64,000 bases of DNA from Hemiscyllium ocellatum (Eukaryota). The stretch's first letter is position 1. The number at the start of each line of letters is the position of its first letter. Position numbers and translations under genes: made by a program. The notes beneath the pieces were generated by a model. The model did no database searches and was not told the DNA's origin. It saw only the letters and a list, made by a program, of their open reading frames with translations. The stretch spans positions 39,581,090 to 39,645,089 of the forward strand of contig NC_083435.1 in assembly GCF_020745735.1 (NCBI RefSeq). The letters are read 5' to 3'. Positions 1 through 13,009 of the stretch are shown one piece after another.

Positions 1-1
1 A

Positions 2-421
2 CCCTTCAAATGCGAAGTTTGCAACAAATCATTCTCGAGGTCATCAAAGCTCCTGCTTCATCAGAGAATCCATACAGGGGAGAAACCCTTCACATGTGAG
101 GTGTGTGAGAAATCTTTTTCAGAGTCATCGAAACTCCTGCTGCATCAGAGGATTCACACAGGGGAGAAACCATTCAGGTGTGAGGCTTGTGACAAATCGT
201 TCTCCCAGTCATCGATCCTCCGTGTTCACCAACGTATCCACACAGGGGAGAGACCATTTGTATGTGAGATATGTGACAAATCTTTCTCACAGTCCTCAGC
301 CCTGTACACACATCAGTGCATCCACACGGGGGAGAAACCATTCGCGTGCGAGGTGTGTGACAAATCATTCTCACGGTCATCGAACCTCCTGCTCCATCAG
401 AGGATCCACACAGGGAAGTAA
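2..421 (+). CDS. C2H2 zinc-finger protein ZNF-1, 3' end only (5 fingers visible; starts before window)
   Basis: Open frame from base 2: [35 protein letters not shown]... with CxxC-x12-HxxxH repeats and TGEKPF linkers; TAA at 419-421. Confidence 0.93.
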   Translation, partial: PFKCEVCNKSFSRSSKLLLHQRIHTGEKPFTCEVCEKSFSESSKLLLHQRIHTGEKPFRCEACDKSFSQSSILRVHQRIHTGERPFVCEICDKSFSQSSALYTHQCIHTGEKPFACEVCDKSFSRSSNLLLHQRIHTGK

Positions 422-690
422 CTCTTTAACTGTGAACCTTTTGTCATGTCTTTGACTGTCTGGGTCACCACAGGATTCAGATACAGGAAGAACACTCTTC
501 AGTTGCAACATTTCTGACAAGGCTTTCACACAGTCAGTGGATGTTTCAGCCAATCAATACACTCAAAGAGGGATGTGAGTTCTGTATTACATACTTGACA
601 CAGTTGTTGGACCTCCTAATACATCAGTGAACTCATATGAGGACTGCTGACAAAGTTCTTCACAGAGTGTCCTCATAAGTGTTTCCCTGT
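422..690 (+). pseudogene. Decayed zinc-finger repeats in 3' flank of ZNF-1
   Basis: Finger-like DNA (tttaactgtgaa, caccacaggattcagatacagg, gacaaggctttcacacagtca) with stops and frameshifts. Confidence 0.7.
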
Positions 691-692
691 AC

Positions 693-931
693 CCAGTCTC
701 ACTGTGCAGGATGTTCAGTGGGACTGAGACACAGAACAAGAAGCAGCTTTCACTCCCATCAAACAACTAGTGATGACATCACCAGTGCTGAGGGATGATG
801 ATGTAACAATGGAGTCACCCTGCAGTGTGATGTCAGTGAAACAGGACTTGGAGTAACCCCCAGGCAGTGAGGACAGCCCGCTGTGTTTGTATCCAGAGGG
901 TTTACACAAACTGAACAACACTGTACACAGA
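693..931 (+). mobile_element. Gypsy LTR-retrotransposon RT-connection/RNase H fragment (copy 1)
   Basis: Decayed WD.DTEQEAAFTPIKQLVMTSPVLR..DVT..VTLQCDVSETGLG..SR.LTQTEQ; about 4 differences from 52518-52754. Confidence 0.8.
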
Positions 932-1499
932 CATTGAGAAACAGAGATTGGATATGTTTTTGCTTCTGAAGGAAGTTGACAATTGCTGAAAAAGAATGCT
1001 TGTTTTAAAGCTACCCATCTTGAACCCATCACGATAATTTGCAAGATATTCAAAACAGAAAAAAACATTTATACTGTATGATAGAAGAGTAGTGATTGGC
1101 AGAGAATTGTCATGAAGAATACACCGGCTAATGACTGACAGTTAATTGCAGAGCTTTGTTTATATTTTAAATCAGGCAGACGAATTCTGGTGGGTCAAGG
1201 CATTGTCCTGAGAAAATTAGGTGTGGCTAACAGCAGCTCTTGGATAACATGCAGACACCAGATGAATAACCAACAACTTGCACATCTACCAGAAGAAGAG
1301 TTGAACACTTCAGAGATTAAACACACAATGTGTGTGTAGGGACAGAAATAATTGTAACAGACAAGAGAGAACAAGTAGTGTTTTTTGCAATATTTTGGCT
1401 TGCTATACTATTGTGACCTCTGATGTCATTATATTTAAATACAGGTCTCAGGGCAGTAGCCATTTTACACACCATATGGAAAGCTCCAATTACTTCTGA

Positions 1500-1665
1500 A
1501 AAGCAGATCAAGGTTTAAACTTGGTTTTGTCCCATCTGAATAAAATCTCACTTATTGCAGCTGCTGTCTCAGTTTCCCTGGTAAATGTTTGACAGAGATT
1601 TCCAGTGTGGGAATAGCATCCTTCATCCTTGGAGTGTTTCAAACTGATAGCATCCAAGGCAGTGA
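1500..1665 (+). repeat. Diverged copy of the AATAAA-containing end of the ZNF upstream cassette
   Basis: cccatctgaataaaatctcacttattgcagctgctgtctcag...gtttgacagagatttccagtgtgggaatagcat matches 31762-31850 and the reverse complement of 47760-47850. Confidence 0.85.
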
Positions 1666-3267
1666 ATAGGATGGTCACAAGAACAGGAGGGAGGGGGGCA
1701 TGAGCAATTATTTCTCCTCCTCCTCTTACACCTTCTTATCTATCCCTTTTCAATACCCTTCCTGCCTTCTCTCTCTGTTCTTTCCACCTGTTTCCTACGC
1801 TCCTTGCTTTTCAGTCTCTTCCTCCATCGCTCCTCTGTTATTATAAAGGTGTGAGGGATAGACAATTATGACCAACTGTGACATTTTAAACTCGTATCAT
1901 AAATGGAAAACATCAGAAACTCTCTGCAGCATTATTGAGGTAATAATATCGTTCTGGCTATATTAAAGTATTTTAACTATTTCTCTTGTTTATGTAACGT
2001 AACAGAAATAAAGAGAACATCCAAAAACCAAACGTAATTTGAGGAGCCACCTCAAAACAGGGGCAGTCAACAGAAACTCACCACTCTCATTATTCCCATT
2101 CGGGCCTGTAGTCATTTCTGTGGTTCCTAGTTGATGTTTCATAAACCAGTGTTAAAGATTACAATAATGTAATTTACATTTGTCAAAATGTACATCTGAA
2201 ACTCCTGATATGATCAATTTCAGGCCATGTACACTGATAAAGCTCACAGAGGCTGGTGTAAACTTTAACCTGCAACTGATGTGCTTGTGGCTATTGCATA
2301 TTTGCCAAAGAATTTTACAAACCAAGTGGTCAAAACAAAAATCTGTGAGTCCAATGGCAGCAGTTTTATTTAAGGTTGGTACATGATCTCAGACGCTTCA
2401 TGTGGAGATATCTACAAGATAATTTTTTAAGATTTTAGATATATTTTAACCCCCTCTATAGTTTATAGTCTGTGTAATTCTTGGTCATAATAATTAGTGC
2501 GCTAATTTTTTTTAGTGCTTTAATCTGGTTTTTGCATTTAGATATCAATGATTGACAGCTATCTAGAATCCCATGGGTGGGAAATGGACAAAAGGATGGT
2601 TGAAGAGAGGAAGACAGCAATGAATAAAATCTACAATGGACATCCTTGTGATCTCTGTTTAGTGGACAAGAGTCAAAAGATGTGTTTTTCTTCTCCTAAC
2701 AACTGCAAGAACTTATTATTTTCCAACTGAGCCTGACAAACTGAGAACTGAGAGTATTTACTTCTAAGAAGGCCTTGGATAATAAATGCCCAAGTTGTTT
2801 GTTCCAACTAAAGATAGAAGTCTGATTAATCTACACAAACTGGTTTCATATGGGAGAAAGCTACAAGCTGGGCAGGGGCAAAAGTGAACATATTTGCCTG
2901 ACAACAACTGCAGATCAGAGGGGATTGGATAATTATTTGTACCAGTATTTCTGACATCCCAAAAGAAGTATAAGCATCACAGAGGGAGACATATTTTCTT
3001 GGAGAAACTACATTATATATCAGATTTAAAACATTGACAAATTACACCCTTGTTTTGCATTGTTGTGTAAGCAGAGGAAGACCAGAGTCTAGAAGTGGAC
3101 AGTCCAAGTAAAAGATTAAGTGTCTACAATTCCTTCAATTTTGTACAATGTGGCTGTGTTGAATAACTGGTGGTCAGGAGCAAGGACTGTTTGTACCAGG
3201 ACCTCAGAGTGACCTGCTGTCAGCTTTAATCCATGTTTATAGAATAATCCAGATAGAGATGGACTTG

Positions 3268-3370
3268 AACCCACATCCTTGTTCTGAGTGAGAGGTTTGT
3301 GGGTTCAAATCCGAATCCACAACTTGAGCACAAAAAGTCCCGACTGACACTCCAGTGCAGGACTGAGAGA
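3268..3370 (+). mobile_element. Old tRNA-derived SINE head; related copy at ~7525-7620
   Basis: ctgagtgaga..tgtgggttcaa (B-box-like)..cttgagca..ctgacactccagtgcaggactgag is shared by both loci. Confidence 0.5.
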
Positions 3371-3880
3371 TAGAAGAGATTAGAGATAGGGAGGAGCAAG
3401 GCCAGGGAGGGATTTGAAAGCAAGTTCAAAGTCCTCACTAAAACTAACACTGTGCTTTCCTGGGAAGAGTAGACTGTTCCTCAAATTTTATTCCTGTCAC
3501 ACTGATTGAACAGTGTCTGAACTATGGAACTTTCCTGAGTGAATGAAAGCAGAATGGTCCATCAGCAGCACTGACTGAAGACAATCCCTTAATGTTATGA
3601 ACCAGACCAAATTCCCTCAAAATATTAAGAAGATAGCTTAGACGCTAAGCAATTTTTTCTTAATCTAAAGACAAGCGCCAGGCGTTGCATTTTGGATACA
3701 ATTCAGGTGGTCAAACGATCAGTTTTAAAGTAAAATACACTTTATTCACACATTACAGTTAAAAGACAACAAAGGAAAGAAGAAATTGGAATATTTAAAT
3801 CTATTGGAAAACCTAACAGAATAATAGATTATTGAACTCCTAAACAGTAACTGTTCGAATATAGTAATATCCCATAGGAC

Positions 3881-6470
3881 ATAGAACAATACAGCACAGA
3901 ATAGGCCCTTCGGCCCACGATGTTGTGCCGAACATTTGTCCTAGCTTAATTGTCCACGTACCTATCCAATTGCCGCTTAAAGGTCACCAATGATTCTGAC
4001 TCTGCCACTCCCACAGGCAGCGCATTCCATGCCCCCACCACTCTCTGGGTAAAGAACCCACCCCTGACATCCCCCCATACCTTCCAGCCTTCACCTTCAA
4101 TTTATGTCCCCTTTTAACACTCTGTTATACCCAGGGAAAAAGTCTCTGACTGTCTACTCTATCTATTCCCCTGATCATCTTATAAACCTCTATCAAGTCA
4201 CCCCTCATCCTTCGCTGAGAAAAGGCCTAGCACTCTCAACCTATCCTCATACGACCTATTCTCCATTCCAGGCAACATCCTGGTAAATCTCCTCTGCACC
4301 CTCTCCAAAGCTTCCACATCTTTCCTAAAATGAGGTGACCAGAACTGCACACAGTACTCCAAATGTGGCCTTACCAAAGTCCTGTACAGCTGCAACATCA
4401 CCTCACGACTCTTGAATTCTATCCCTCTGCTAATGAACGCTAATACACCATAGACCTTCTTACAAGCTCTATCCACCTGAGTGGCAACTTTCAAAGATCT
4501 ATGTACATAGACCCCAAGATCCCTCTGTTCCTCCACCTGACTAAGAACCCTACCGTTAACCCTGTATTCCGCATTCTTATTTGTTCTTCCAAAATGGACA
4601 ACCTCACACTTGGCAGGGTTGAACTCCATCTGCCACTCCCCAGCTCAGCTCTGCATCATATCTAAGTCCCTTCGCAGCCAACAACAACTCTCCTCACTAT
4701 CCACAACTCCACCAATCTTTGTATCATCTGCAAATTTACTGACCCACCCTTCGACTCTCTCTTCCAAGTCATTAATAAAAATTACAAACAGCAGAGGACC
4801 CAGAACTGATCCCTGCGGAACTCCACTTGTAACTGGGCTCCAGGCTGAATATTTACCATCTACCACCACTCTTTGACTTCGACCTGTGAGCCAGTTCTCT
4901 ATCCAACAGGCCAAATTTCCCACTATCCCATGCCTCCTGACTTTCTGCATAAGCCTACCATGGGGAACCTTATCAAATACCTTACTAAAATCCATGTACA
5001 CTACATCCACTGCTCTACCCTCATCCACATGCTTGGTCACCTCCTCAAAGAATTCAATTAGACTTGTAAGGCAAGACCTACCCTTCACAAATCCGTGCTG
5101 GCTGTCCCTAATCAAGCAGTGTCTTTCCAGATACTCATAAATCCTATCCCTCAGTACCCTTTCCATTACTTTGCCTACCACAGAAGTAAGACTAACTGGC
5201 CTGTAATTCCCAGGGTTATCCCTATTCCCTTTTTTGAACAGGGGCACAACATTTACCACTCTCCAGTCCCCTGGTACCACCCCCATTGACAGTGAAGACG
5301 AAAAGATCATTGCCAACAGCTCTGAAATTTCCTCTCTTGCTTCCCACATAATCCTAGGATATATCCCGTCAGGCCCGGGGGGACTTGTCTATCCTCAAGT
5401 TTTTCAAAATGCCCAACACATCTTCCTTCCTAACAAGTATCTCCTCTAGCTTACCAGTCCGTTTCATACTCTCCTCTTCAACAATACGGTCCCTCTCATT
5501 TGTAAATTCTAAAGAAAAGTACTCATTCAAGACCTCTCCTATCTCTTCCGACTCAATACACAATCTCCCACTACTGTCCTTGATCTGACCTACCTTCGTT
5601 CTTGTCATTTTCATGTTTTTCACATACGCATAAAAGCCTTGGGGTTATCCTTGATCCTATCCGCCAAAGATTTTTCATGCCCTCTCTTAGCTCTCCTAAT
5701 CCCTTTCTTCAGCTCCCTCCTGGCTATCCTGTATCCCTCCAACGCTCTGTCTGAACCTTGTCTCCTCAACCTTATGTAAGCCTCCTTCTTCCTCTTTACT
5801 AGACATTCAACCTCCCTCGTCAACCAAGGTTCCCTCACACGACCATCTCTTTCCTGTCTGACAGGTACATACGTATCAAGGACACTTTGTATCTGTTCCT
5901 TGAAAAAGTTCCACATTTCAACGACATCCTTCCCTAACAGCCTGTGCTCCCAACTTATGCTCTTCAGATCCTGTCTTGCAGCATCGTATTTACCCTTCCC
6001 CCAATTGTAAACCTACCCTGTTGCACGCACCTATCTCTCTCCATAACCAAGGTGAAAGTCACAGAATTATGGTCACCATCACCAAAATGCTCACCCACTA
6101 ATAAGTCCATCACTTGTCCCAGTTCGTTACCGAGTACCAAATCCAATATGGCCTCCCCTCTGGTCGGACAATCTACATACTGAGTTAGAAAAGCTTCCTG
6201 GACACATTGCACAAACACCGCCCCGAAAATCTACTTGATCTAAACAGCTTCCAATCAATATTTGGGAAGTTGAAATCGCCCATGATTACTACCCTTTTTT
6301 ACCACCCTCCCTAATCTTACTGAAACATCTGTAACCAGGAACCTCCAACAACCATTCCTGTCCCTCTTCTATCCATGTGATGGCCAAGTACCGATCCACG
6401 CCTTAAGTTCACCCACCTTATTTCTGATACTGCTTGCGTTGAAGTATCCACACTTGAACCCATCACTGTG
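3881..6470 (-). mobile_element. CR1-clade LINE (HER1-like), most of ORF2, frameshifted
   Basis: APE fragments (YFNASSIRNK, AILDLVLGNE, GDGDHNSV), RT (NYRPVSLTS, SQHGF, YMDFSKVFD, GVPQGSVLGP, KFADD), C-terminal RPHLEYCVQFWSP, CR1 3' tail. Confidence 0.95.
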
Positions 6471-6971
6471 TCCACATAAACACACCCTTGCAGCAGGAAG
6501 AGAACCCCAGCTTTTAGCTGCCTCAGAGAGAGGGAAAACAGCTTCCACATCCAGTTTCAAGACCCCCCCCAACCACGACTGACGGTTAAAACTAAAAACC
6601 CCTGGTTCTGTGGGAGCTTGACCCCGCCCATTGTATTTCTATTGTTCCAACTTAAAAATAACCCAAGGCCCACAAGCAGTTTACTTATGTGCTTTGGAGC
6701 AACCTCTCTTTATTTTTTTTTAAAAACTGGACAAGAAAAACCTCTTAACTCCATAGTATTGTCACAGTTAAGATGTCCATTCCAGCTGACATTAGAGACG
6801 ACACCTTTCACAGCTTCAGGAACCCAGACACAAAGACAACACTGACACCTGCAGTTCAAGTTACTCGCCACTTTTAATCAAAATCAAACATTTTGGCTGC
6901 GATTTTGCCGGGGAAAAGCATTCTGTTTACAGACTGGGGACGAAAGCCCGAGAAACTGAATCTAGACCCTG

Positions 6972-7482
6972 ATATCGGAAAAATGTTGTTAAACTTGAAA
7001 GGAGTCAGAAATGATTTAAAGGAAGTTGCTGGAACTGGAGGGTTTGAGTTACAGGGAGAACCTGAATAGACTGGGGCTTTTTTCTCTGGAGTGTTGGATG
7101 GTGAGGGGTGACCAATTCAAATTTTGTAAAATCATGAGGGGCAATGGATAACATGAATAGCCAAGGTCTTTATCCAGGGGAGAGAAGTCCAATACTAGAG
7201 GACGTAGGTTTCAGGTGATAGGGGATAGACTTTAAAGGAAACTGAGGGGCAACATTTTCACACACAGTGTGGTGTGTGATTGGAATGAGCTGCTGGAGGA
7301 AGTGGTGGAGGCTGGTAAAATTACAACATTTGAAGGGCATCTAGATGGGTACATAAATAGGAATGGTTTAGAAGGATATGGGCCAAATTCTGGCAAATGG
7401 GTCGAGATTATAATAGACTGTCCAGTCAGTATGGGTGAGTTGGACTGAAGGGTCTATTCCCATGCTGTATAACACTATGATT
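6972..7482 (+). mobile_element. CR1 LINE 3' fragment
   Basis: Decayed KLERVQ..LGLFSLE..RGNFFTQ tail with ctatga terminal repeat; same family as 58640-59145. Confidence 0.85.
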
Positions 7483-7785
7483 ATGACTGTAAGATAAATA
7501 TAATCAATTGACATCCATGGTTTAGACAGTACTCTCGTCTCTGAGTGAGATGATTGTGGATTCAAGCTTCACTCCAGAGACTTGAGCATTGAGGCTGATA
7601 TTCCAGTGTAGGACTGACAGAGAAACTTAAATTCAACTGAGAGGGCAGATGGAGCCTTGCATTAACTTCTCAAGAAGATAGTATCTCTGACAGTTTCACT
7701 AAGACTGTGTTGTGGAAAAACAGGGGCATTCTCCCTGATGTCCTGACAAATACCGACAACGCAATCAACTTCACAAACCATAGTT

Positions 7786-9540
7786 CCAATGATGGAGAGA
7801 GTATCCCAGCCTACATTGACATTGACTAATATATTGTGGACAGGATTCTTACTGTAGCATCCTGAGTGTTTCAGTGAACAGGTTTTCAGTAAATTGATCC
7901 AAATGAATTATGGGTTGGACATCTATGTAGATGAATGATGCAGCATCAGACAAACAAAAACACAATATTTAGTTGAAATTAGTCAACCAAATTAACAAAG
8001 CATTTGAAAATGACTCAAATTCTTTCCCAGAACATGAAACAAATCTTGGTAGTGTTAGGTAAATATATCATTATTATTACATTGAGGTATGATGAGCCGA
8101 GGGAACTCAGGTCTGTAAAAGCTCACTCCCACTCCCTCCCCATACTCAGGATAGTCATCCTCCCAGACAGGACAGTACAAACATTCCCCATGGTATAAAA
8201 CACCCATCACCTGAAGAGGATCTGCCTATAATTCACATCCCCAATTAAAGCAGAGTCTGATTCTGCCCCATACCCAGTCCTGAGAGTTGGCTCACTTTAC
8301 TAACACACACACACACACACACACATACATCAGGGGAAACTCTCTCAGAATACTACAGACAAAAATTTCTTTAAAATCCCTGTGCTCTTGTCTCGTTCCC
8401 AATTCTGATGGTCAGAAATATAACTAAACTTTATGACACAGGATGTAGCTGATTTCCAACATTCAAACTCACCAAAGGTTATAGAGATCCACTGATCACA
8501 ATGGTCCATAGACCAATCAGTTTCCATTCCTGAAAGACCCTCTTTCCCCAAGGAGTTGGTCAGTGCTATCTAATTCACAACCCTCTGCTCTTTGGTCTTA
8601 CATTTAATACAATGCTTCTGTGGCGCAAATTGGTTTTATAACTCCCTCATATCTACTCTCTACACTCGTTTCCAAAATGACCTTTACTCCCTTCCACATC
8701 AATATCCCTGCTTCTCAAGTTCAAGACATGAAAATCTGTTTAATCCGTCCATGATCAGACCTGACTGGGCTACACCAAGGACTAGTGGTCCCCATTTCTT
8801 CTGTCAAAACTACTCGTTAGTCCAGGGCCCACATGAAGAGAAAAGATAACCCATAACTTCTCCTCCCCAAAACCAACTGTGTCCTTGTGGAAGTTACATT
8901 CCTGTTTTACAAAGCTCTATTTAGACCCTATCTGGAGAACTGTGTTCATTTTTGGGCACTGTTCCTCAGAAAGGTGACAATTGGCTTTGGAGGGAGTGCA
9001 GCGTAGATTCTCCAGAATGTTCCTGGGGATAACAGTGTTAAGTAAAAAGTGAGGTCTGCAGATGCTGGAGATCAGAGCTGAAAATGTGTTGTTGGTTAAA
9101 GCACAGCAGGTCAGGCAGCATCCAAGGAACAGGAAATTCGACGTTTCGGGCCAGAGCCCTTCATCAGGAATAACAGTGTTAAATCATTCTGAGCCTGTAT
9201 TCACTTAAATGTAGAAAATTAAGTAATAATCGAATTGAAGTGTTTAAGACGATTAAACAAGTTAATCAAGCAGTTGGAGCGAAACACTTGCTCTGAAAGG
9301 AAAGTCCAGAACAAGGGACAGAGCATTAAAATTAGAGCAAGGCTGTTCAGAGTGATATCGGCAAACAGTTTTTCACACAAAGGGGACTGGAAATCTGGAA
9401 CCCTCCCCACAAAAATCTGTTGAAACTGGAGGTCATTTGAAAACTTCAAAACAAAGATTGATTGGTTTATTGTTAGGAAAGGAGGTTAAGGGTTAAAGAA
9501 TCAAGGCAGGTAGATAGAGTTAAGATATAAGATCCAACTG
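7786..9540 (+). repeat. Segmental duplicate of ~24900-25750 (includes a CR1 3' fragment)
   Basis: Shared strings such as aatatattgtg.acagga.tcttactgtag.atcct and aaagtc.agaacaagggacagagcattaaaat. Confidence 0.75.
9042..9171 (-). mobile_element. Short Penelope-derived insertion with an intact minimal hammerhead ribozyme (9136-9171)
   Basis: Minus strand ATTC-CTGATGA-A-GGGC-TCTG-GCCC-GAAAC-GTC-GAAT; 13-bp TSD ataacagtgttaa at 9029-9041 and 9170-9182. Confidence 0.88.
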
Positions 9541-9659
9541 AATGTTGCGATGGCTCCAGGGATTACTCCAACTGCTACGCTCTCCCATTCCCTGTTCACT
9601 CTCATCTCCAACAACAATTTAGTCAGTGTTGCTGGATTCAGCCTTTGGCTGAGATTCCA

Positions 9660-10300
9660 ACACCATACCCCATCACAAAGATTACCGACTTTCCCCTGTG
9701 TGAGTCCACTCATTGACCCAAAGAATCGCTGTCAATGTGAAACTGTTGTCACACCTGAATTATTTGTTTAAAAATATTTAACCTATTTTTCTAATCAACA
9801 TGTTCAGAGCTGTTATAGCACATCTTTGGAGCAGGTAGGGCCTGAACCTGGGACTCTCAGTTTGGTGTAGGGATACTATCACTGTACCACAAGAGAGCCC
9901 CACTGAAATGTTTATTCTAACTGAACCTATTTTACTAATCCAAGTTTTCATTGATGTTATTGCACATCCTGGGGCAGGTATAACTTGAACACAGGACTCC
10001 AGTGTTTGGTTGGGACGCTACACTTTGCCACAAGAAGTCTCCGTTAAATTACTTTTGGGTTAAGCAGTTTTTCCATTCACCTGTTCAGAGATATTTGTAC
10101 ATCCATCTGGAGCAGGTGGGATTTGAATTCAATGTTGTGATTGCAACAAGGTCAGCCAGTTGGACGTGCATTAGTGCAAATGGAGGTTCCCTGACTTCAT
10201 GAAGCCTTTGTCAGACACACTGCATTTGAATAATTTCCCTTCGATTGTAGCTGCCCTTGTGCTAAACGGTGGTGCACCTTGGGTGTCAGGAGCTCACATG
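9660..10300 (-). pseudogene. Relic of a minus-strand ZNF gene tail
   Basis: Minus strand gives KLFKCSVSDKGFMKSGNLHLH* (~10170-10240) and FRCDNSFT....WTHTGE (~9690-9760); interrupted by SINE tandem. Confidence 0.65.
9765..10132 (-). repeat. About three tandem copies of a ~130-bp tRNA-derived SINE unit; solo copy at ~48503-48620 (+)
   Basis: Repeated ggagcaggt.gg..ttgaac... and cacaaga motifs; reverse complement has A/B-box-like ctcttgtgg..cagtg..ggttca. Confidence 0.6.
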
Positions 10301-10324
10301 TGGAAAAGGACTCACAACTGCCAG

Positions 10325-10865
10325 GCAGCTGTAATAAGTGAGGTTTTATTCAGATGGGACAGTGACAAGTTTAAATCCCCACCTGATCTGCTGCTCAAAG
10401 TCACCTCCATTTCCCCGGTCAGTTTCCCAAGTTTCAGGAAACTCATGTTGCTCCAGAAATATTTGGATTGACTGTGAGAGACGTCAATCAGAGAGTCCAC
10501 CCACTCTGCCCATTGTCTCCTCTTCCTCTTCCAGAGCTGGTTCACTTCCTATAGGGACTGAAAACCAAGTGAGGAGATGGTGAGTGAAGGAGCAGCTTTT
10601 ATACAAATTGTATCCCATAATATCCACACCAATCTTCAGGCAGTCTGACTATCCTGTGGGTAATCAGGGGTGGAAATGTCCCTTATGCTGTGTGAGAAGA
10701 TCCAGCTGAGAGAGCTGTTTACTCGGTGCTTTGTGATGAACTGTGTGACTGGAGCTGTGTGTTGGATATTGAGTGTGTTTATTGGAAGCATTTCCCTCTG
10801 ATTTCCAGGCTGAGTTTTGTTGATGGATCATTCCTGAATATGAGAAGGTGAGGTGTCATTATCTG
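10325..10865 (+). other. Conserved upstream cassette A (for ZNF-2): predicted exon a 10535-10579, intron, exon b 10809-10847
   Basis: Acceptor tcttcctcttccag, exon ends ATG|gtgagt; acceptor tttccctctgatttccag, donor aag|gtgagg; near-identical in four copies. Confidence 0.8.
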
Positions 10866-11174
10866 GGAGGTGCAGGGGTCTGAGGATCCTTACTGATTCC
10901 CCCTGCTGTTGAGTTCTATGTGTGTGTTGAGAGCTGGTTATTATCCTGTGGACTGGGAATAGTCAGTGCTCTGAGTGATGGAATCTGGATGCTGGATGTC
11001 TTTTCAATCTCTCCAGGTTTCCTAATGCCCCATCACTGTGATCTTATCAGAAAACATAAGGAATAGAACCTTTGAGAAACACGAGATGTCTCAGAGTGCT
11101 TTACTTGCAGTGAAGTACATTTTAAGTGTGGTCACTGTTGGATATGGGTACCTAAATGTGTGCACAGCAAGTTC

Positions 11175-11450
11175 CCACATATTTTAAGGTGAGAGAAGCA
11201 AGATTTTAAAAAGAGATGGGGGCAATTTGTTTACACAGGGAATGGTTTGCGTGTGAAACAAATGTTCTGAGGAAGTGGTGTTTGTGGGTGCAGTTTCAAT
11301 GTTTAAAAGACATTTAGATAAATACATGAATCAGGAATATTTGGAGGGAAATGGGCCATGTGCGGGCATGTGGATTATGTTTAGTTTGGGATTATGGTCC
11401 TCTTGGACTGAAGGGTTTGTTTCTATGATTTCTAACTCTATGACTTTAAG
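11175..11450 (+). mobile_element. CR1 LINE 3' tail
   Basis: GNLFTQ..FKRHLDKYMN..GPCAG tail and ctctatgact end. Confidence 0.75.
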
Positions 11451-12081
11451 TGATCATGACAACAAAAGATGATGTGATGTGATGTGATGGGATGAGATCT
11501 CTCATTGAGCTGTTTGTGGCTTTCATACCATCCCCAAGGAGACTGATAACTTTTGAACGGGTTTTGAATTCCCAGTAACAAAGTTGAAATTGCATTATAA
11601 TTATGAAAATTAAGATTTTTATTTTGGCAACAAAAAGCAACATAGATTAGATAATAACCAATAGGCAATTATTATATTAGAGGACAGCAAAAATATCTCC
11701 TGTTAATGTTTCACGTGAATTTTTGCTGAATGTCACAATTAGTTTACATTCCAGTCTCGGCATTATTAGAGATTTTACAGATATCAGTCCACCCTGCCCC
11801 TCAGCTTCTAATAGGCTCACTCCTCCCTGTTTACTGAATTGTAACTTTGAGTCACTGTCAAAAACTTTTTTCTGAGTTTCCAGAGATATCTGAACCCACT
11901 GCCAACAATGAGGCTTCCTCCAGTGAGTCCTCCTCTGGCCTCACAAGGACAAATCTTGTGGAGTCTTTAGATTGTCACAGAATGTATCTGTTTAACTGGA
12001 GACTGTGTTCATTCTCATATTCTGTTAATACTCAGTGCACAGAAAGTACTCCCTCTCCTCTATGCTGACTCTCTCTCTGTC

Positions 12082-12126
<45 letters not shown>

Positions 12127-12300
12127 TAGCTGCTCTTGTCTCTGTCAATAATCTCAGAGTTGGAAAGTCTGTCTAGTCAGCCCCAGGTACTCTGGCCTTT
12201 GTTTTTGGTTGCGATAACTTTGCATCTTGTTCAGCAAGTTCGAAAGTATTACCATAGTAACAAAACCACCTGACTTTTTGCCTGGCATAATAATATAATG

Positions 12301-12514
12301 GTCGAAGAGTGTGGTGCTGGAAAAGCACAGCCGGCCAGGCAGCATCTAAGGAGCAGGAGAGTTAACGTTTCGAGCATAAGCCTTTTATCCTGATGAAGAG
12401 CTTATGCTTGGAATGTCGACTGTCCTGCTCCTCGGATGTTGCCTGACCAGCTGTGCTTTTCCAGCACCACACTCTTCAACTCTGATCTCCAACATCTGCA
12501 GTCCTCACTTCCTC
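12301..12514. mobile_element. Palindromic Penelope-derived mini-element with degenerate hammerheads
   Basis: Inverted arms gtggtgctggaaaagcacagc / gctgtgcttttccagcaccac meeting at ctgatgaag; 15-bp TSD cataataatataatg at 12286-12300 and 12515-12529. Confidence 0.85.
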
Positions 12515-13009
12515 CATAATAATATAATGTCCCAGCAACATCATTTCTGAGAAATTCCATGTTTTATAAAGTATAAAGATAGCTTAAATTTTAATAATCT
12601 TCTGGATTTCACATTCATAACACACTTAGGCTTTCTCGATTGCAGGGAGGATTGGAGTAGCCTGGAGGGGAGTTCCCCCAGCTCCTCAGGAAGAGGCTGG
12701 GTTTGATCATCCACTCAATATTTTTGCCTCAAGAACTTTAACATTGAGTCTTGTTCCCGTGTGCTGGGCTCTAGCATGGCTGTGAATGGTGGTGTCATGG
12801 AACTGCCTTCTCCTGTTACTCAACTAGTTGTCCACAATTCTCAAGAAGGCGTGGTAGGACTACAGAGCTTTGTTCTAACCTGTTGGTAGTGGGGCTGTTT
12901 AGTTCAATTTATTTATTATATGTTACTATTGGTGTACAGGTTCCACTTCGTCTTCTGCAGTATGTTCACTGGGTTAGAAACCAACCTGCAGAATTTGTTC
13001 TGTGCTGTT

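Noticed and set aside
10312-10545. Antisense ORF MNQLWKRKRR... repeated at 47790-48038
   Set aside because: GTG start, frameshifted in cassette C and truncated in cassette D
10733-10802. C/D-box snoRNA in the conserved intron
   Set aside because: The GTGATGA C-box is present only in cassette A; the other three have GTGCTGA
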